This document shows positions 1-12,530 of a DNA stretch of 64,000 bases, piece by piece; the first letter of the stretch is position 1; the number at the start of each line of letters is the position of its first letter. This DNA is from Nymphon striatum (taxonomy: Eukaryota): assembly GCA_016618385.1 (NCBI GenBank), contig JABFOP010000357.1, positions 415,545-479,544 on the forward strand. The letters are read 5' to 3'. The position numbers and the translations under genes are program-made. A model generated the notes under the pieces. It had not been told where the DNA came from and made no database searches. It saw nothing but the letters and a program-made list of their open reading frames with translations.

Positions 1-364
1 CAGGGCTCATCCTAGAGGGCGATTCGGGCGATAACTTCGCCTTGAGTTGATTGACTTCGCTATTTAATTACATCAGGGCGAAATCGACTTCGCTTTTTAA
101 AAAAAAAATTATAAAAAAAAAAACAACATTTTCATTTTATTAGAACCACAATTAATACACTGAGTGCAAAGAGTAGGTATTAAAGTACTGGTATATCTCC
201 CAAGTTGTTTTTACATACTGTAATGAGTGCACATTAGACAAGATAATGTTGAAGAAATTCGCATTGCGAACACTCACTTCTCCGTTAAGTTGCTTCACTT
301 CTCCCTAAATTGAGCTGAGGGAGAAGTCACTTCTCCCTAAAATTTGACCCTAGGATGAGCCCTG
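1..364. mobile_element. MITE copy 1 (about 365 bp) with TIR CAGGGCTCATCCTAG...CTAGGATGAGCCCTG. The left end coincides with the window edge.
   Basis: The terminal inverted repeats are read directly. A second copy lies at 52239..52607 in the opposite orientation. Confidence 0.8.
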
Positions 365-2539
365 CATATCTCAGTGGCACAGTCTTAAAGTTGTCCAACA
401 TATGTTTGTCAGATACATTCAAGTAGAAACGGAATAGAGCAACGCTTGAATATGGCAAAAATAAAGTTAACACGTTGAAAACCAGATTGAGCAACTTTAA
501 CAATGCGAAAAAATCGTTGATCTAAATACTCAAGTCGTGCATAGAATGTTCAACAAAAAGCACATAATTGCGTTGTACTCCTAACTGCGAAAAACTGGGG
601 TATGATTCACCTTTCTGACCTGTCAATCATTCTTACATATCAACCAATCAAAATGCGGGAAAATTCGAACCATCATGTCCCACAAACAAACAGACAATAA
701 CCTACAACAGCATGACACTTAGGTATTAATATCGGCGATATGGTACTTCGATGTGCATGGGGCATGTGTAATTCGGATATACGATACCCAGAAAAGTTAC
801 AAGGAGCCATACTTCATCCTTTTCCGAAGCCTAAACACAGCTGAAAAAATGTCTACGATGGATTAAAGCGTGTGGGAGGCCCCACTCTCAGTTAAATGTG
901 AATATAATCAACAAACACAAAGCTGTTTGTTCAAAGGCAAGTGACAAAATAACAAGATTCTTTCTTTTTTACATGCAACAAAAGTGCCAGCGAAAATATG
1001 AATATTTACTGACTAAATAATCTTTTACTGGGGGAGGCAGCTCGCTGCTTGTGGGACATGGGCGGTGCTTAACTGCTCCGATCGGAAAGGTGAATTGGCG
1101 TACCCACATTTTCAGCCAACTGAAAAAGGAACAACATTAAGTTTAAATCAGCAACCAATCTACCATTCCATTCCATTCTATCACAACCAACATGTTGATG
1201 TGCAGTACTGAAGCTGACTTTGTTGAGTTACTGAAATAGCTAATAAAGATGAAATGCTCTATTCAAAATTTATTCATAAAAATTGATTTAATTTTGTTCA
1301 TTCTGCGAAAAAGTAAAGCCAAGAATACAATTTTGGCCTTTTCAACTTTCAAAGATGTATTACAAATTTTAGCCGAAAGTTGAAGGTTATGAAAATACCT
1401 GATTTTAGAAGTTATCACTTACACATACAATTAACAAAAAAAGTATATTATCAGCATTGATACGATGATAGTGAGAACATTTAAAATGATGAAACATACC
1501 ATTATATGATGATGTATTACGCGTATTTGTCAGCATAATTTGATGAACTAATATAATTTTAATAAAATTTCAGTTTCCTTCGGCCATTTAACTATTTTAA
1601 CATTGGTTCGACAGATGGCAGCACGTTCCGCTGATCCTCAGCTGATCCATCAACCAAACCAACCATCTAGTATTCTTGTTGTGGAGAAAATACCTGATAG
1701 TTTTATAATGTTTTCTTCTTGTGATTTTAAACAATTTGTTGTGCCTCTGAAGTGAATACTATATTGTCATGAAGTTTGCTGTTTGAGAAACTCAGTATGA
1801 TATTTATTGTCTTTAAGGAATTCATTTCTACCGTGTCCTTCTAATGTTGTTCTTTTTTTTTTTCATTTCTGCGAAAAAGCATGATCCAATTTTCAAATTA
1901 GAAATATGTGCTGCGTTAGTTATATAACCTTGGACATTTTGTCACCATTTAAATGCACCAGTTAAATCACCGTTTAGTTGACGAAGAAGTTAATTAACTT
2001 TAAAATTAAAGATAATGTAATAAATAACTGTGATTTTGATCAAGAATTGTATTATATGACAATAATCAATATGATATGTTAAGTTCATCAGTTATAAATG
2101 TTTAGCTGAATTGTCAGTCCTGAATCAGTTTACCGTCTGAGTTGTTATGGAGGCAACTACATTTTTGTCACTTTTAAATAATTATTTGCCTTAATATCCC
2201 AGATAACTTCTTTAAATAGCTTGTAGCATCTCTTTGTTATTGTATTCATGTTCATAATTGTGAGTCAAATAATGTGATCTCAAAGAAAACATGCATTCAA
2301 GGTAATTCTCAAGATTTGAGTACTTTTTTGTTTCCACATTTTTTAATATTCTAAAACTCAATGAATCTAAATTCAAATCTATACCTACCGAAGACCAAGC
2401 CCAACAATGGGACTTAGTATTATTTAACATATTGAAACAAAATATGCAATCATTCATTATTCATGAGACACACAAGTCGCGCTTGACCGCAAAGCGTACA
2501 CCGTGAAACAAATCATCGTTTCTCCCGAAAATTATCGCA

Positions 2540-2870
2540 GGCGATGATATTTAGCAATACTGTTCATTAACTATTCCAGTTAATTCCTGTGTGTCAAATT
2601 TCATTCCAATCCGATCACTGGTTCTCAAAAAATCAATTCTTGAATGTCAGATGGTGAAAGTTGGACATAAATGTTTGTAGTGACTTAGAGGGCTAGGGGA
2701 CAAACATTTTTGCAGCAACCTTAGAGGGTCACATTTTGACGATGTTTTGACACTCCTGAGATGTGTGGCGCAATCCGCCATTTTTAATTGCGCCCCTCGG
2801 CATTGGTTGCCAAAAGGGAAATGGCCACCTAAGAGTGCTCAGTAACATTCAAGGCACATTTAATCCAGGT
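2540..2870. repeat. Copy of an interspersed repeat shared with 4090..4330 (..TTTCATTCCGATTGGTTCAGAC..TAGTTTAAAAAATCAATGAAAATGTCAG..)
   Basis: Direct comparison of the two loci. Confidence 0.5.
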
Positions 2871-3461
2871 CTGATTTAATCGTAGATTCAATCGATGCTC
2901 ATCTGCATTAACCTATCTTTGGAATACATATAATTTTGAAACTTCTAAATGTGAATCACACACTCTCAATAATTACAATGAATAATATTATATCTTCAAA
3001 AGTCTCTTTTTTATCTACACTTTTCTTATGATACGTGTTTCAAAACACCTTTCTTCTATGATTTGCAATGTTTAATTTACATGAATCTTATTTTTCCTTA
3101 AACAGTTATTTATACCCTAACCTTCTTTGAGATATAGGTATCAAATGTTCAGGTAAAAGTAGCTGGTACTGATGTAGCTCAAGATAAGTGTATGATTTAT
3201 TCCATCTTTTTCAGTCTTGTGTTAAAGGCAAGGTTAGAGTTTTCCATGATAACAGCAAATATTATTTCAGCGAGCCTTCTCTTGAATAGACAAAATCCCC
3301 TATTTAAACTAAGTTTTTCTTCCTTTGTTAGTTCTATTCTATTAACTTGAGTTATTTTGAACTTACGTAATTTGAACTGTTTTTATAATCGGAAATTAAA
3401 AATAGTATAATATCACCTTTTGCTCATATTTGTTTATTTTCCAAATTTTAGTTTATTAGAA

Positions 3462-3547
3462 ATGGCGAAAGGCGAAGATGAATTGCCTGACAAATCTGCT
3501 GCAGGTGATTTCTATGCAAAGTATGAACCAAAGGAAGTACTTGGAAT
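3462..3547 (+). CDS. PHKG: Phosphorylase kinase gamma catalytic subunit, coding exon 1 (MAKGEDELPDKSAAGDFYAKYEPKEVLG..). GT donor at 3548. A likely 5'UTR intron acceptor (ttttag) lies just upstream at about 3450.
   Basis: ATG at 3462. The translation aligns to the PHKG N-terminus (DFYENYEPKEILGRGVSS) and is followed by gtgagt. Confidence 0.8.
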
Positions 3548-3615
3548 GTGAGTAGCTGCCATTTTGATTGTTTTTGTGTGTGTATGAACTTCATTTATTA
3601 TTATTTCTGTTGCAG

Positions 3616-3782
3616 AGGTGTTAGCAGTACTGTTAGGCGATGTATAGAAAAAGATACTGGTTTAGAATATGCTGTAAAGATTATTGATCTCACACAAGAC
3701 TCGGGAAATCCAGAAACCATTCGTAGAGAAACACTTTCAGAAATTAGCATCCTGCGATCTGTTGCTGGACATCCTTACATAG
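3616..3782 (+). CDS. PHKG: PHKG exon 2 (..GVSSTVRRCIEKDTGLEYAVKIIDL...ISILRSVAGHPYI). It covers the glycine loop and the VAIK-like AVKII motif.
   Basis: Acceptor is cag at 3613-3615 and donor is gtaaat at 3783. It matches kinase subdomains I-III of PHKG (GVSSVVRRC.., EYAVKIIDIT). Confidence 0.85.
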
Positions 3783-4380
3783 GTAAATATCTACCTCTCA
3801 AATATTTTGATAATTAATGGAAGTTTTGATTGGTTTTCTTTTTTAATTTTTTTACTACATCTAAAGCCAAAACACGATTTTTAAGTTTTTATTTTTATTA
3901 CTTATTAAATCAATGTAAAGCATCACCAAACATGACATTTATGATTGAAAAATTTGGAGCAAACAGTTGTCATCAATGAGCGTAAGCAAACAATGCAGGG
4001 ATCCAGGAAGATGCGTTGAGCATTCTCAGAGAATAAAAGCTATTTTATTAATTTCAAAACACATGCACTCTATTGGAGGACAGTGGGTTCAGCGGTTTAA
4101 CGATAAAAAGCAAAATTGTTTGAATGGAAAGATGGTTTTTTGATCTGTCCGAGAATGTGAAAACATAGTTCGATTTGGCTGTTTTTTTGCACAGGGTGCG
4201 AAAGACTATTGAACTTCATTTGTGTGAAGTTTCATTCCGATTGGTTCAGACTTAGTTTAAAAAATCAATGAAAATGTCAGCCTCTGATTCTGGCCCATAT
4301 ATGTCCTTTGCGACTCCAAAGGGTTAATAAGATCAAGTTTCAGTTATGCTGTTGTGTTCATTCTATTTTTGAAATCGAGA

Positions 4381-4740
4381 GTTGCGGTGGCTGAGTGGTT
4401 AAGATCGTTATTCTGGGCCTGAAGAACCCAGGTTCGAATCTGATTCGAACCCCGCCACTTTTTTCACCGTTTACATTGTGTATTCTCGTACTCTCCTCTC
4501 TGATATTAGATGTAAGCTGATGTTAGAGAGAAAATACTCCATCCCTCGGATAGGACGTTAAATGGAGGTCCCGTGTAAAGGAGAGCCATACCCTCTACAC
4601 GTTAAAGAACCCACTATTCGAACAAGAGTAGGGTGACAATTCCCGGTAAAGTGGTACACTTGCATTACATAAAAAACAGATGTCTATCACAAGCGTCTAT
4701 GCTAATGACATTGTCATGAGCAGTGGACTAGATAGATCCC
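4381..4740 (+). mobile_element. tRNA-derived SINE. It has a tRNA-like head (GGTGGCTGAGTGGTTAAG ... GGTTCGAATC, A and B boxes) with a T-run at 4456-61, followed by a conserved core (TCCCGTGTAAAGGAGAG...CTCTACACGTTAAAGAACCC...TTCGAACAAG). Other core fragments lie at 38600..38720(+), 14885..14965(-), 6425..6480(-) and 6215..6250(-).
   Basis: Pol III box-like motifs are present. The tRNA cloverleaf is degenerate and the D-stem does not pair. The core is shared between dispersed copies. Confidence 0.55.
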
Positions 4741-4855
4741 CTTTTTGTCAGGAATAAAAATAAAAAAATAGAAAATAAAATAGAAATTTTCATATGCCGG
4801 AATTAAATTTGTTGATTAAGTTAATGTTAACATATATTTATTCTAAATTTTGCAG

Positions 4856-4910
4856 TTTCTCTTCATGATGTTTACGAATCTGAGACATTCATCTTTTTAG
4901 TTTTTGAACT
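4856..4910 (+). CDS. PHKG: PHKG exon 3 (VSLHDVYESETFIFLVFEL)
   Basis: tgcag acceptor and gtaaag donor. It matches PHKG [20 protein letters not shown]. Confidence 0.85.
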
Positions 4911-4989
4911 GTAAAGTATTCCACGATTATATATTATCTTTTTTTCAACTTCGTTTGAAGTGTTTAATTGATATAATTTGCATTTATAG

Positions 4990-5055
4990 ATGCAAAAATG
5001 GAGAATTATTTGATTACTTGACAACTGTCGTGACTTTTTCAGAGAAAAGAACCAG
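4990..5055 (+). CDS. PHKG: PHKG exon 4 ([23 protein letters not shown])
   Basis: tatag acceptor and gtaata donor. It matches [22 protein letters not shown]. Confidence 0.85.
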
Positions 5056-5125
5056 GTAATATTTTTCTCAAACTTACTTTGTGAATATCGGCATGTCTAA
5101 CTGTTATTATGATTTCTATCAATAG

Positions 5126-5198
5126 AATAATTATGAAGCAATTGTTTGAAGTAATTACGTACATCCATCAAAAGAATATTGTACACAGAGATATTAAG
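5126..5198 (+). CDS. PHKG: PHKG exon 5 (IIMKQLFEVITYIHQKNIVHRDIK), catalytic loop HRDxK
   Basis: aatag acceptor and gtgaat donor. It matches [24 protein letters not shown]. Confidence 0.85.
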
Positions 5199-5274
5199 GT
5201 GAATAATGTTCATAGATAATAATTATAATGAAAAATTTGTATTGTCATAGTTTAAATCAATTTTTATCTTTCAG

Positions 5275-5365
5275 CCTGAGAACATTCTTCTTGATGATAG
5301 CTATAATGTCAAAGTTACTGATTTTGGATTTGCCAAAGTCTTGCATGAAGATGAAAAACTTATTG
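5275..5365 (+). CDS. PHKG: PHKG exon 6 ([30 protein letters not shown]), DFG motif
   Basis: tttcag acceptor and gtgaga donor. It matches [29 protein letters not shown]. Confidence 0.85.
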
Positions 5366-7110
5366 GTGAGAAGCAAAGTTAACATTTTGATTATTATCAT
5401 TATAGAGAGGATCTCATTCAGATTCAAATTTATCAATCATCATATCATTCAATTTTATTCAAATGTGTCTATTTATCGTGGATGTTGAAAACGGATACAG
5501 GTACCAAACCATTTATGTGGCTACCAGAAATCTGAAAAAGTCAGAAAAAAGATGTTATTGTTACCTTGTTAGTTTTGAATTTGCTGCAGTCTCTCAGTCT
5601 GACTGCTGTAGCACCATCTGTCGGTTGTGCGATAAACAGAATATAAAATTTGTGCCTGTTGCTTATAACATATATGGAAGCAACGAGCAAGCACTCATTC
5701 CATATCCTCTATTTATTGCATTCAGTCAGATTGATATAGCCTCCAGCTTGCCAGTAAGCCCATGTGAATTTAGTGCAATATATATTAAAAAATATGAAAT
5801 ATTTGAAATATATATATATTGCTTCGTTCATTTCTAGTCGTGGAGGCAGTGTCATTCCGACTTCTCTGTTGGAGCTACAAGCCATGGCAGACAAATTCTA
5901 TTTCCCACACAGCATACCTCGCTGGTGCTTTACTTCACCGTAAGTATGTTGTTTAATGTGCAGAAGGCAGGGTTCCCATTCAGATTTCTAAATGAGGGTT
6001 TTTGTACCCTTTCATCACCCAAAATGAGGGTACAAAAATAAATCTGAGGGTGCAATTTATTAATATGTAGTATTAAAGTCACTGCTGAGTCACCATCTTG
6101 AAGGGAACCATATTTGCTAGTAATTTCGAGTACGTGACAGTACCCTTCAGTACTAAATATCGTACGTGACCAACTGAAAATGAGCGTGAAATACGTACAT
6201 ATGTATGTTAATGGGAACCCTGAGAAGGTGTGACTCTCCTCTACATGGGACCCAATTAACATCTTATCTATTAACCTTATTGCACTAAACTCACATGGGT
6301 TTATAGCAAACTGGAGGCCATGTCAATCTGACTTCTCTGTTAGAGCTACAAACCAATGCATCAAATTCTATTTCTCACACAGCGTACCTTGCAGGTGCTC
6401 CAATTCACCGGAATCTTCCACTCTACTCTTATTCGAATAGTGAAGTGGGCTCTTTAATGTGCAGAGGGTGTGACTCTCCTCTAGAAATTACTCATATTAG
6501 TTTTTATTTATTGAATTAAAAGAGAAAAAAAAAATGATGTCATACACCCTTTAATGCCAATTGAAGCAATTTTTAAAGATATTTTTTAATTCTGAATAGA
6601 GTACTAAAAGTAATGAGTTTTATGTTTTCATTCATGTTTCCATACGAGAGGACAAAATCTAGGCAAAAAAATAAGTAAATTTTTTTCTTAAATCATTTCA
6701 CCTTTATAGCCTTTTTCTATGGCTGTTAGGCTAAAGGCTGTGTCAATCCACCTGAATACAGTGCTTTTCTATCAGAATTACAAGCCTTGTTATGTGAATA
6801 TTATTTTTCACTCCATAACCACAATTTAAGTGTGTTTCTTGGGCACTCCACTTCATCAGATATATTGAGTTCTGTAACAGGCTGAGATTATGTTTCTTCA
6901 CTTCACAGGGGGACCTTCATTTTCATCATATTTGGGGAGAAGCTTAAATAAACAAACATAAAAAGTAAAAAAAAATTCAAACTTGGGTCTGTCCAGCCCA
7001 AAGAGAAGATATTGTACAACTTACTTATCCATACCTTGAAAGATAATTTGAAAATATATGAAATTCAGATATGTATTTTATTTGATAAAAGGTTTATTTC
7101 TTTTCTCCAG

Positions 7111-7201
7111 AGTTATGTGGCACACCTGGCTACTTGGCTCCAGAGTTACTTAAAGTCTCAATGTATGATGATGTACCTGGGTATGGAATAGAAATTGACA
7201 T
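7111..7201 (+). CDS. PHKG: PHKG exon 7 ([30 protein letters not shown]), APE motif
   Basis: ctccag acceptor and gtaagt donor. It matches [30 protein letters not shown]. Confidence 0.85.
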
Positions 7202-7685
7202 GTAAGTGTTAAATTTTAGATCATCTTTATCACTAGATCAATATTTCCAGTCATATGGTGAGCCGATTTACCATTTAATTTTATACATAAAATTTTTAAT
7301 GCGGCAGTAATTTGTTCATCAAAAGTTATGCCAGTAAAGAAAAATCCATTTTTATGAAATAGCAGAAAAGACAAATGCAGCCTTTTATTATCTGTTTTAA
7401 AATACATTTAAAAGGATTGAAAAAGCTGCATCAGGAGAATGTTACCCCAAAATTAAGAGCAACATAGTTCCCTTTAGAATATTTTGATGTTGGGACTTTG
7501 AATAATATTGCCTGAGCTGTGATCATAGACTTGGTATCACTCTATTATTGAGCACATCAAATTATGAAATGGTACCACTTTTTCATATGATTGCAACATG
7601 ATTGATTTTGTCATTATGTGAACTTCAGATGAATTCTGAAATTTTAGTTTCAATATGAAAAAATATGCCAAAATGTTGACAATGA

Positions 7686-8201
7686 GGCCAAAAAAAAAAA
7701 ATGTTGTGTTTCCGGTAACCCGACCGACCGACTGAAATTTGTTTATGATGATTCGGGAAAAACATAGTAAAATGCAGGAAATGAGAATGCAAGAAATATT
7801 TTTGTGCTGAGATTATAGAAGTAATACACAAGACAAGTTGTGTATAAATCTAAATACATGCACATTTGTTTGATAACAATGAGATGTTTTGGGTATATCT
7901 GTACATTTTAAGAATGCATATATCTAGGAAACATTGTGAATCATGTATATCATTTTTGCTGATAAGTGTTAATTGGATTTTTATTCTTCTCTTTTCTCTA
8001 TGATGTTTGTCTAAATTAAATGATTTTAACACTTGTATTTCTTTGAATCAAATGTAGATGGCCCTTCAAATGAAGTAAATGGTATAATTGGTGGGTGGGA
8101 GGAATTCTAGTTAATAAAAAAAAAATGTTTAAAAAATTGACCTACTGACCCTCCCGTCTGTCAAGACCGTTACCGGAAACACAGCATTTATATTTTTTGG
8201 C
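7686..8201. mobile_element. MITE family B copy in the minus orientation, with TIR GGCCAAAAAAn-ATGYTGTGTTTCCGGTAAC and a subterminal GACCGACCGGGTTACC motif. It carries a roughly 360-bp internal insert or variant core. It lies in PHKG intron 7.
   Basis: The ends match the copies at 32949..33320 and 55877..56254. The middle is unrelated. Confidence 0.7.
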
Positions 8202-9592
8202 TTGAGTGCAGAAAAACACTTGATGCAAATTTTTAAAAATGATATTTAAGTAGGAAAGCTTTTTTACGGGTCTATGGATTGATCGGCACTGATTCAGTGC
8301 CGGCAGTGAATTCTCAATGAATTTTTAATCTTTTTCAATTGGACAATACTTACATTGTGTTTAAAAATACTTATCACAAAATTTCAAGATCTTTGAATGC
8401 TATTTTTGAATCATTCATTCTAAATTTATCTCAACATTTTGTTTTAACTTTATTATACTTATCAGCTGTAATTTATAAATAAAGTTTGTAACTATAAGCT
8501 TATATTTTGGAGCATACATATTGATATGGCTGATATAATTTTGCTATAATCAGAAGTGATTTTTATTCAATTATTTTTTAATCGGCTAAAACACGGTATT
8601 GGTGCTGATCAGGTTTTTTTTTATGTTATATCAATGGCACAGAAAAAATATACAAGATAGGAACTAATTTTAAAGATTGACTAGCCTTGCAGTTACCTAT
8701 CTCACTTCTCTGAAAATTTCAAGAGGCTAGTATTACCCATTCTTGAGATATGCATTGAAACATGCTCCAAAAATGGCCATTTTATAGCGTTATGCAGTCT
8801 CACTTGAAAAAAAAATTATATTATAAGTACAAAATACTCTAAATTTCAATAAGAAATGATACATAAATTGGTACGATTTTATACAGACTTCTGTCCTGTA
8901 AGTTTTGCTGCTTGAATTTATGAAATCAGTCATAAATTATGGATTTTATATAGTAAATACTATCAGCAGTGGTTTTGTTTAAACACTAAAAATCAAACAT
9001 ATGCTTATTGTTATATTCCAATAATTGGTACAAAATAACAGTTAATTGAACTTACATTGACATTAACCATTCAGTTATTTATTATGGTAAGTACAAAAAA
9101 CATTCATGTTTCAGGGCTAGCCCAGGTTTAGGCATGAACGATTGTTCTTTGGTAAATATTGAAATTCAAAATTTGGTAGTGTTTATGGTTTATGGTTATT
9201 TGGTAGTGTTTATGTTGCAATAGTTTCATTGTTTCTCATTTCAAAAGTATAAATCCTACATTGGCTAATGTGTATTCATGTAATGTCCAAGTTTGCCAAA
9301 ATTTGTAGTGCTGTGAATTAACATCATTGAAAATTACTACTTTGAAAAGGTTACAGTCGAAACCCTTCAGAAATCCTATAGAGTGGAAATGGTGGATAAA
9401 AAAAACGATGCATGCATTAACTCCAAAGAAATATGGTATCTAAAAATTCAATTTTTTGAGTAAGTGAGACTACTTTCAGCACCAATACCGTGTTTCAGCT
9501 GAATGTGAATAAGCTATGTCAGTTTTATCATTATATAGTTAGTTCATCATGTAATAGATCACCAATTCTCTAAGACAAGATGGACGTCACAG

Positions 9593-10126
9593 TCACGTGA
9601 CTTTCATAGCAACCGTTTGTCTAGGGGCAAAAGAACTTGGTCGCTATGGCTTTGGTCGTGCTGTGAGTATAGTGATAGCAAACTTTTCCAATTCACTGCT
9701 TGTTATAAATTATTTTAACGAACCGGATGATTTAAATCAGCCTGAAATCAATTCTGGAGTATAAACAGGATATGGATAAGCATTAAAAAGCATGGACTTA
9801 CAATTTGGTTCTGTTTGATTTGATTAAATCATGTAGTCTGTACAGTGACAGTGTACATAAATATCTCGACTCTGACAACCAACAAGCCTTTCGGCATGAT
9901 TTAAACAAATCAAACTTAGTCAAATCGTAAGTCCATGCTTTTTAATGCCTACCCATATTCTGTTCATACTCCAGAATTGATTGCTGCTGGTTAAAATCAT
10001 CTGGTAAATCAAAAAAGTATTGGAAAAGTTCACAATAACAAGTGTTTCACACTACAACACGGTCAAAGCCATAGCGACCAAGTTCTTTTGCCCCTAGACA
10101 AACGGTTGCTATGCAAGTCACGTGAT
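9593..10126. mobile_element. Foldback or palindromic element of about 535 bp with roughly 70-bp perfect-ish TIRs (CACGTGACTTTCATAGCAACCGTTTGTCTAGGGGCAAAAGAACTTGGTCGCTATGGCTTTG) and nested inner inverted repeats. It lies in PHKG intron 7, 65 bp upstream of exon 8.
   Basis: The whole segment is a near-perfect long palindrome, read directly. Confidence 0.8.
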
Positions 10127-10190
10127 AAAAGCCCGGATGTTGTCTTACAGAATACTATTTGTTAAACTTTTCAATTCATTTATTTTCCAG

Positions 10191-10220
10191 TTGGGCATGT
10201 GGAGTTATTATGTACACTCT
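10191..10220 (+). CDS. PHKG: PHKG exon 8, a 30-nt micro-exon (IWACGVIMYTL)
   Basis: ttccag acceptor and gtaagt donor. The splice phase is consistent and it matches MWSTGVIMYTL. Confidence 0.75.
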
Positions 10221-10515
10221 GTAAGTAAAATTATGTTTTATTTATTATCTTTTATCTTTTTACTTCTTATCTTCTTTTTTTTTTTTCCCACATACTTATA
10301 CAAATTAAATTTTTCAATATCTTCACTTCCAGTATTTTAAACATAGAATTCTTAAAATATAGGTTATCATTTATCAATGACCATGTCAATGTTTTTTAAA
10401 TATAACTTTTATTTCACTTTCATAATTTAAGATAATATTCAAATATGACCTAGTTATCTATCTATGCAATTATCTTTTCTTTATTTCAGTTTTTGAATTA
10501 TTATTTGAATTTCAG

Positions 10516-10639
10516 TCTTGTTGGTTGTCCCCCATTTTGGCATCGTAGACAAGTAATAATGATGCGAAATATAATGGCTGGGAAATATCAATTCAGTAGT
10601 CCTGAATGGGATAATATTACTGATGAGTCTAAAGATTTG
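10516..10639 (+). CDS. PHKG: PHKG exon 9 ([41 protein letters not shown])
   Basis: ttcag acceptor and gtgtgt donor. It matches [41 protein letters not shown]. Confidence 0.85.
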
Positions 10640-10738
10640 GTGTGTATGAAGTTTCATAGAATAGTCATATTAAATGATTTCAGGTGTTAAAAAAGTCTGT
10701 TTTGTTTTGTTTTTTTTTTTTTTTTTCTCTCAAAAAAG

Positions 10739-10834
10739 ATTTCAAAACTTCTAATTGTAGAACCCAGGAAGAGACTAACCGCTAGTCAAGCTCTCAAGCA
10801 TGCATTTTTTCAAGTTAAAGTGCAACCTCACATT
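10739..10834 (+). CDS. PHKG: PHKG exon 10 (ISKLLIVEPRKRLTASQALKHAFFQVKVQPHI). The exact acceptor is uncertain by a few nt.
   Basis: A long poly-T tract is followed by aaaaaag as acceptor, with a gtaagt donor. It matches [26 protein letters not shown]. Confidence 0.7.
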
Positions 10835-11052
10835 GTAAGTGTTCCTAAATATTTTTTTATAATTTAAAATCTATCAAAATATTGTCAAATCTCTAATAAT
10901 AATCTGTTGTAGTAATCTGTTATTTACTCCCTATGCAAATAGCTCTTTTCCAATGTAATTATAGCAAAAGTTTACTGTTAATGCAAGCCTACATCTTATA
11001 TACCTTCTCAATTTTCTTTAGGATAGTTAATCTGTTGTTTGTTTTTTTACAG

Positions 11053-11094
11053 CAAGAGAAAAAGCATGTTTTTAATGCCAGAAAAATATTCAAG
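11053..11094 (+). CDS. PHKG: PHKG exon 11 (QEKKHVFNARKIFK)
   Basis: tttacag acceptor and gttcgt donor. It matches EEVRHFSPRGKFK. Confidence 0.7.
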
Positions 11095-11164
11095 GTTCGT
11101 GTCAATTTCATTTAAACCTAAGATATGTCTTTTAAAATAATAGAATTTGTTCTCAGCTGATACA

Positions 11165-11790
11165 ATATGTGACCCACCACAGCAAAATGAGTCGTGATGC
11201 ACCAAATTGAAATATGGAGTTATAAATACCAATAGAAAGATAAGAATGTCAGCTTTCATTAAATCCAAACAGCTTTTCAATCCATCAACCGGTTACCGAA
11301 TTATGACGTTTTAAAGATGTCAGGGTATCGGAGATAAAATGAAAAATATTTTCAGATAATTGATCTTAAATACCATCATAATTGTAAGTTCATCATATTT
11401 GTAAGTACCGAGCGATGATTGGTTTATATTGGGAAAAACCCGAACATGCCTTCTATATTTAGAAACTAGACAACGAGACGAGTTCGTACATGTTAAATTT
11501 TCATGGGGTTTTCCGCGGAGAAGTGTTTAGATTTAATGCGAAAATGGGGTAATTTGACTAATTTTATGCATTGTTTTAGCAAATATAGACAATATCAACT
11601 CGGAAAACATAAATTTAAGTAAATTAGCGTCGTTTAATCAACCGAACCTTTACATTAAACTAAATATCGGGTTTTATTTTATATAGATACGTAAAAATTG
11701 AAAGTTTTAAGCTTTCTTTGCATTAATCGGCTATAGCGCAGTACGTCACTGTGCGACTTGCGACTCATTTTGCTGTGGAGAGTCACATAT
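11165..11790. mobile_element. MITE with TIR ATATGTGACYCNCCACAGCAAAATGAGTCG, in PHKG intron 11
   Basis: Roughly 30-bp TIRs are read at both ends. Confidence 0.7.
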
Positions 11791-12429
11791 AGTTATTCTA
11801 CATTATGGCGACCTTCAAGTTAAGCTCTATTCTCAATAATTAGTTCCTCCAATAAATGTTTACTAATGAAATAATGAAGCATTTTGAAGTTTTTATGCAA
11901 ATATCAGTTTGAAATTTAGAAGAAGAAAAAGTGGCTCAATGTCATGTCAAAAATATACTCATGAGAGCCATGTTATTGTTTTAATACTACTCAAAAATTA
12001 TTTCAAATTTAGGTTATCTTCTTTGTCAATTAACAATGTTATCATGTAATGATGTAATCCTTGAAAATCCCCAACTAGCTGCTCAGTAGTATCTTTTAAA
12101 ATTATTGTAGATAAATTTTGTATGTTGAAATCAAACATACATTGTTTAAATTACCAGTTATAGCGCAACATAGGTGCAGGTCACTAGTTGTGGAAAGTAA
12201 TTCAGTCATTGTATCACAACTAGCTGAAGAAAGAAGAAATGGGAGACCTTTGACAAATGAAAATGATCTGTGTTTATTTTGCAATAACACAAGGCTTATA
12301 TGCACAAGGGACAAGAGAAATTTGAAAGGTATGTGAATAGAAGAACCACAGGTGAAGAGAAGGATTAATCTCTGGCACATTTTTACTGTCCATTCCACCA
12401 CTGCCACCATGTAATGAATGTACGTGGGA

Positions 12430-12530
12430 CCATTAATAAAGAGATAGATAACTAACTACCTCTTACCTCTGACAGGAATCGAACCCGCACCTCCCAGCTT
12501 GCAAGTCAGGTATGCTACCATAATACTACA
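12430..12530 (-). mobile_element. tRNA-like fragment, probably a SINE head or tRNA pseudogene (acceptor stem ACCTCTG/CAGAGGT, B box GGTTCGATTCC), in PHKG intron 11
   Basis: A good acceptor stem, D arm and T arm are read. The anticodon arm does not fold, so this is not a functional tRNA. Confidence 0.4.

Noticed and set aside
3548-3817. ORF 3548..3817 (+)
   Set aside because: It is intron readthrough fused to PHKG exon 2. The real exon starts at 3616 after a cag acceptor.
4381-4465. Possible bona fide tRNA gene (Ser-like)
   Set aside because: The D stem cannot pair and the T arm is replaced by an atypical palindrome. The sequence continues into a SINE core shared with other loci, so I call it a SINE head.
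12430-12530. tRNA on the minus strand
   Set aside because: The acceptor, D and T arms are plausible but the anticodon arm does not form. It is probably a SINE or tRNA pseudogene fragment.
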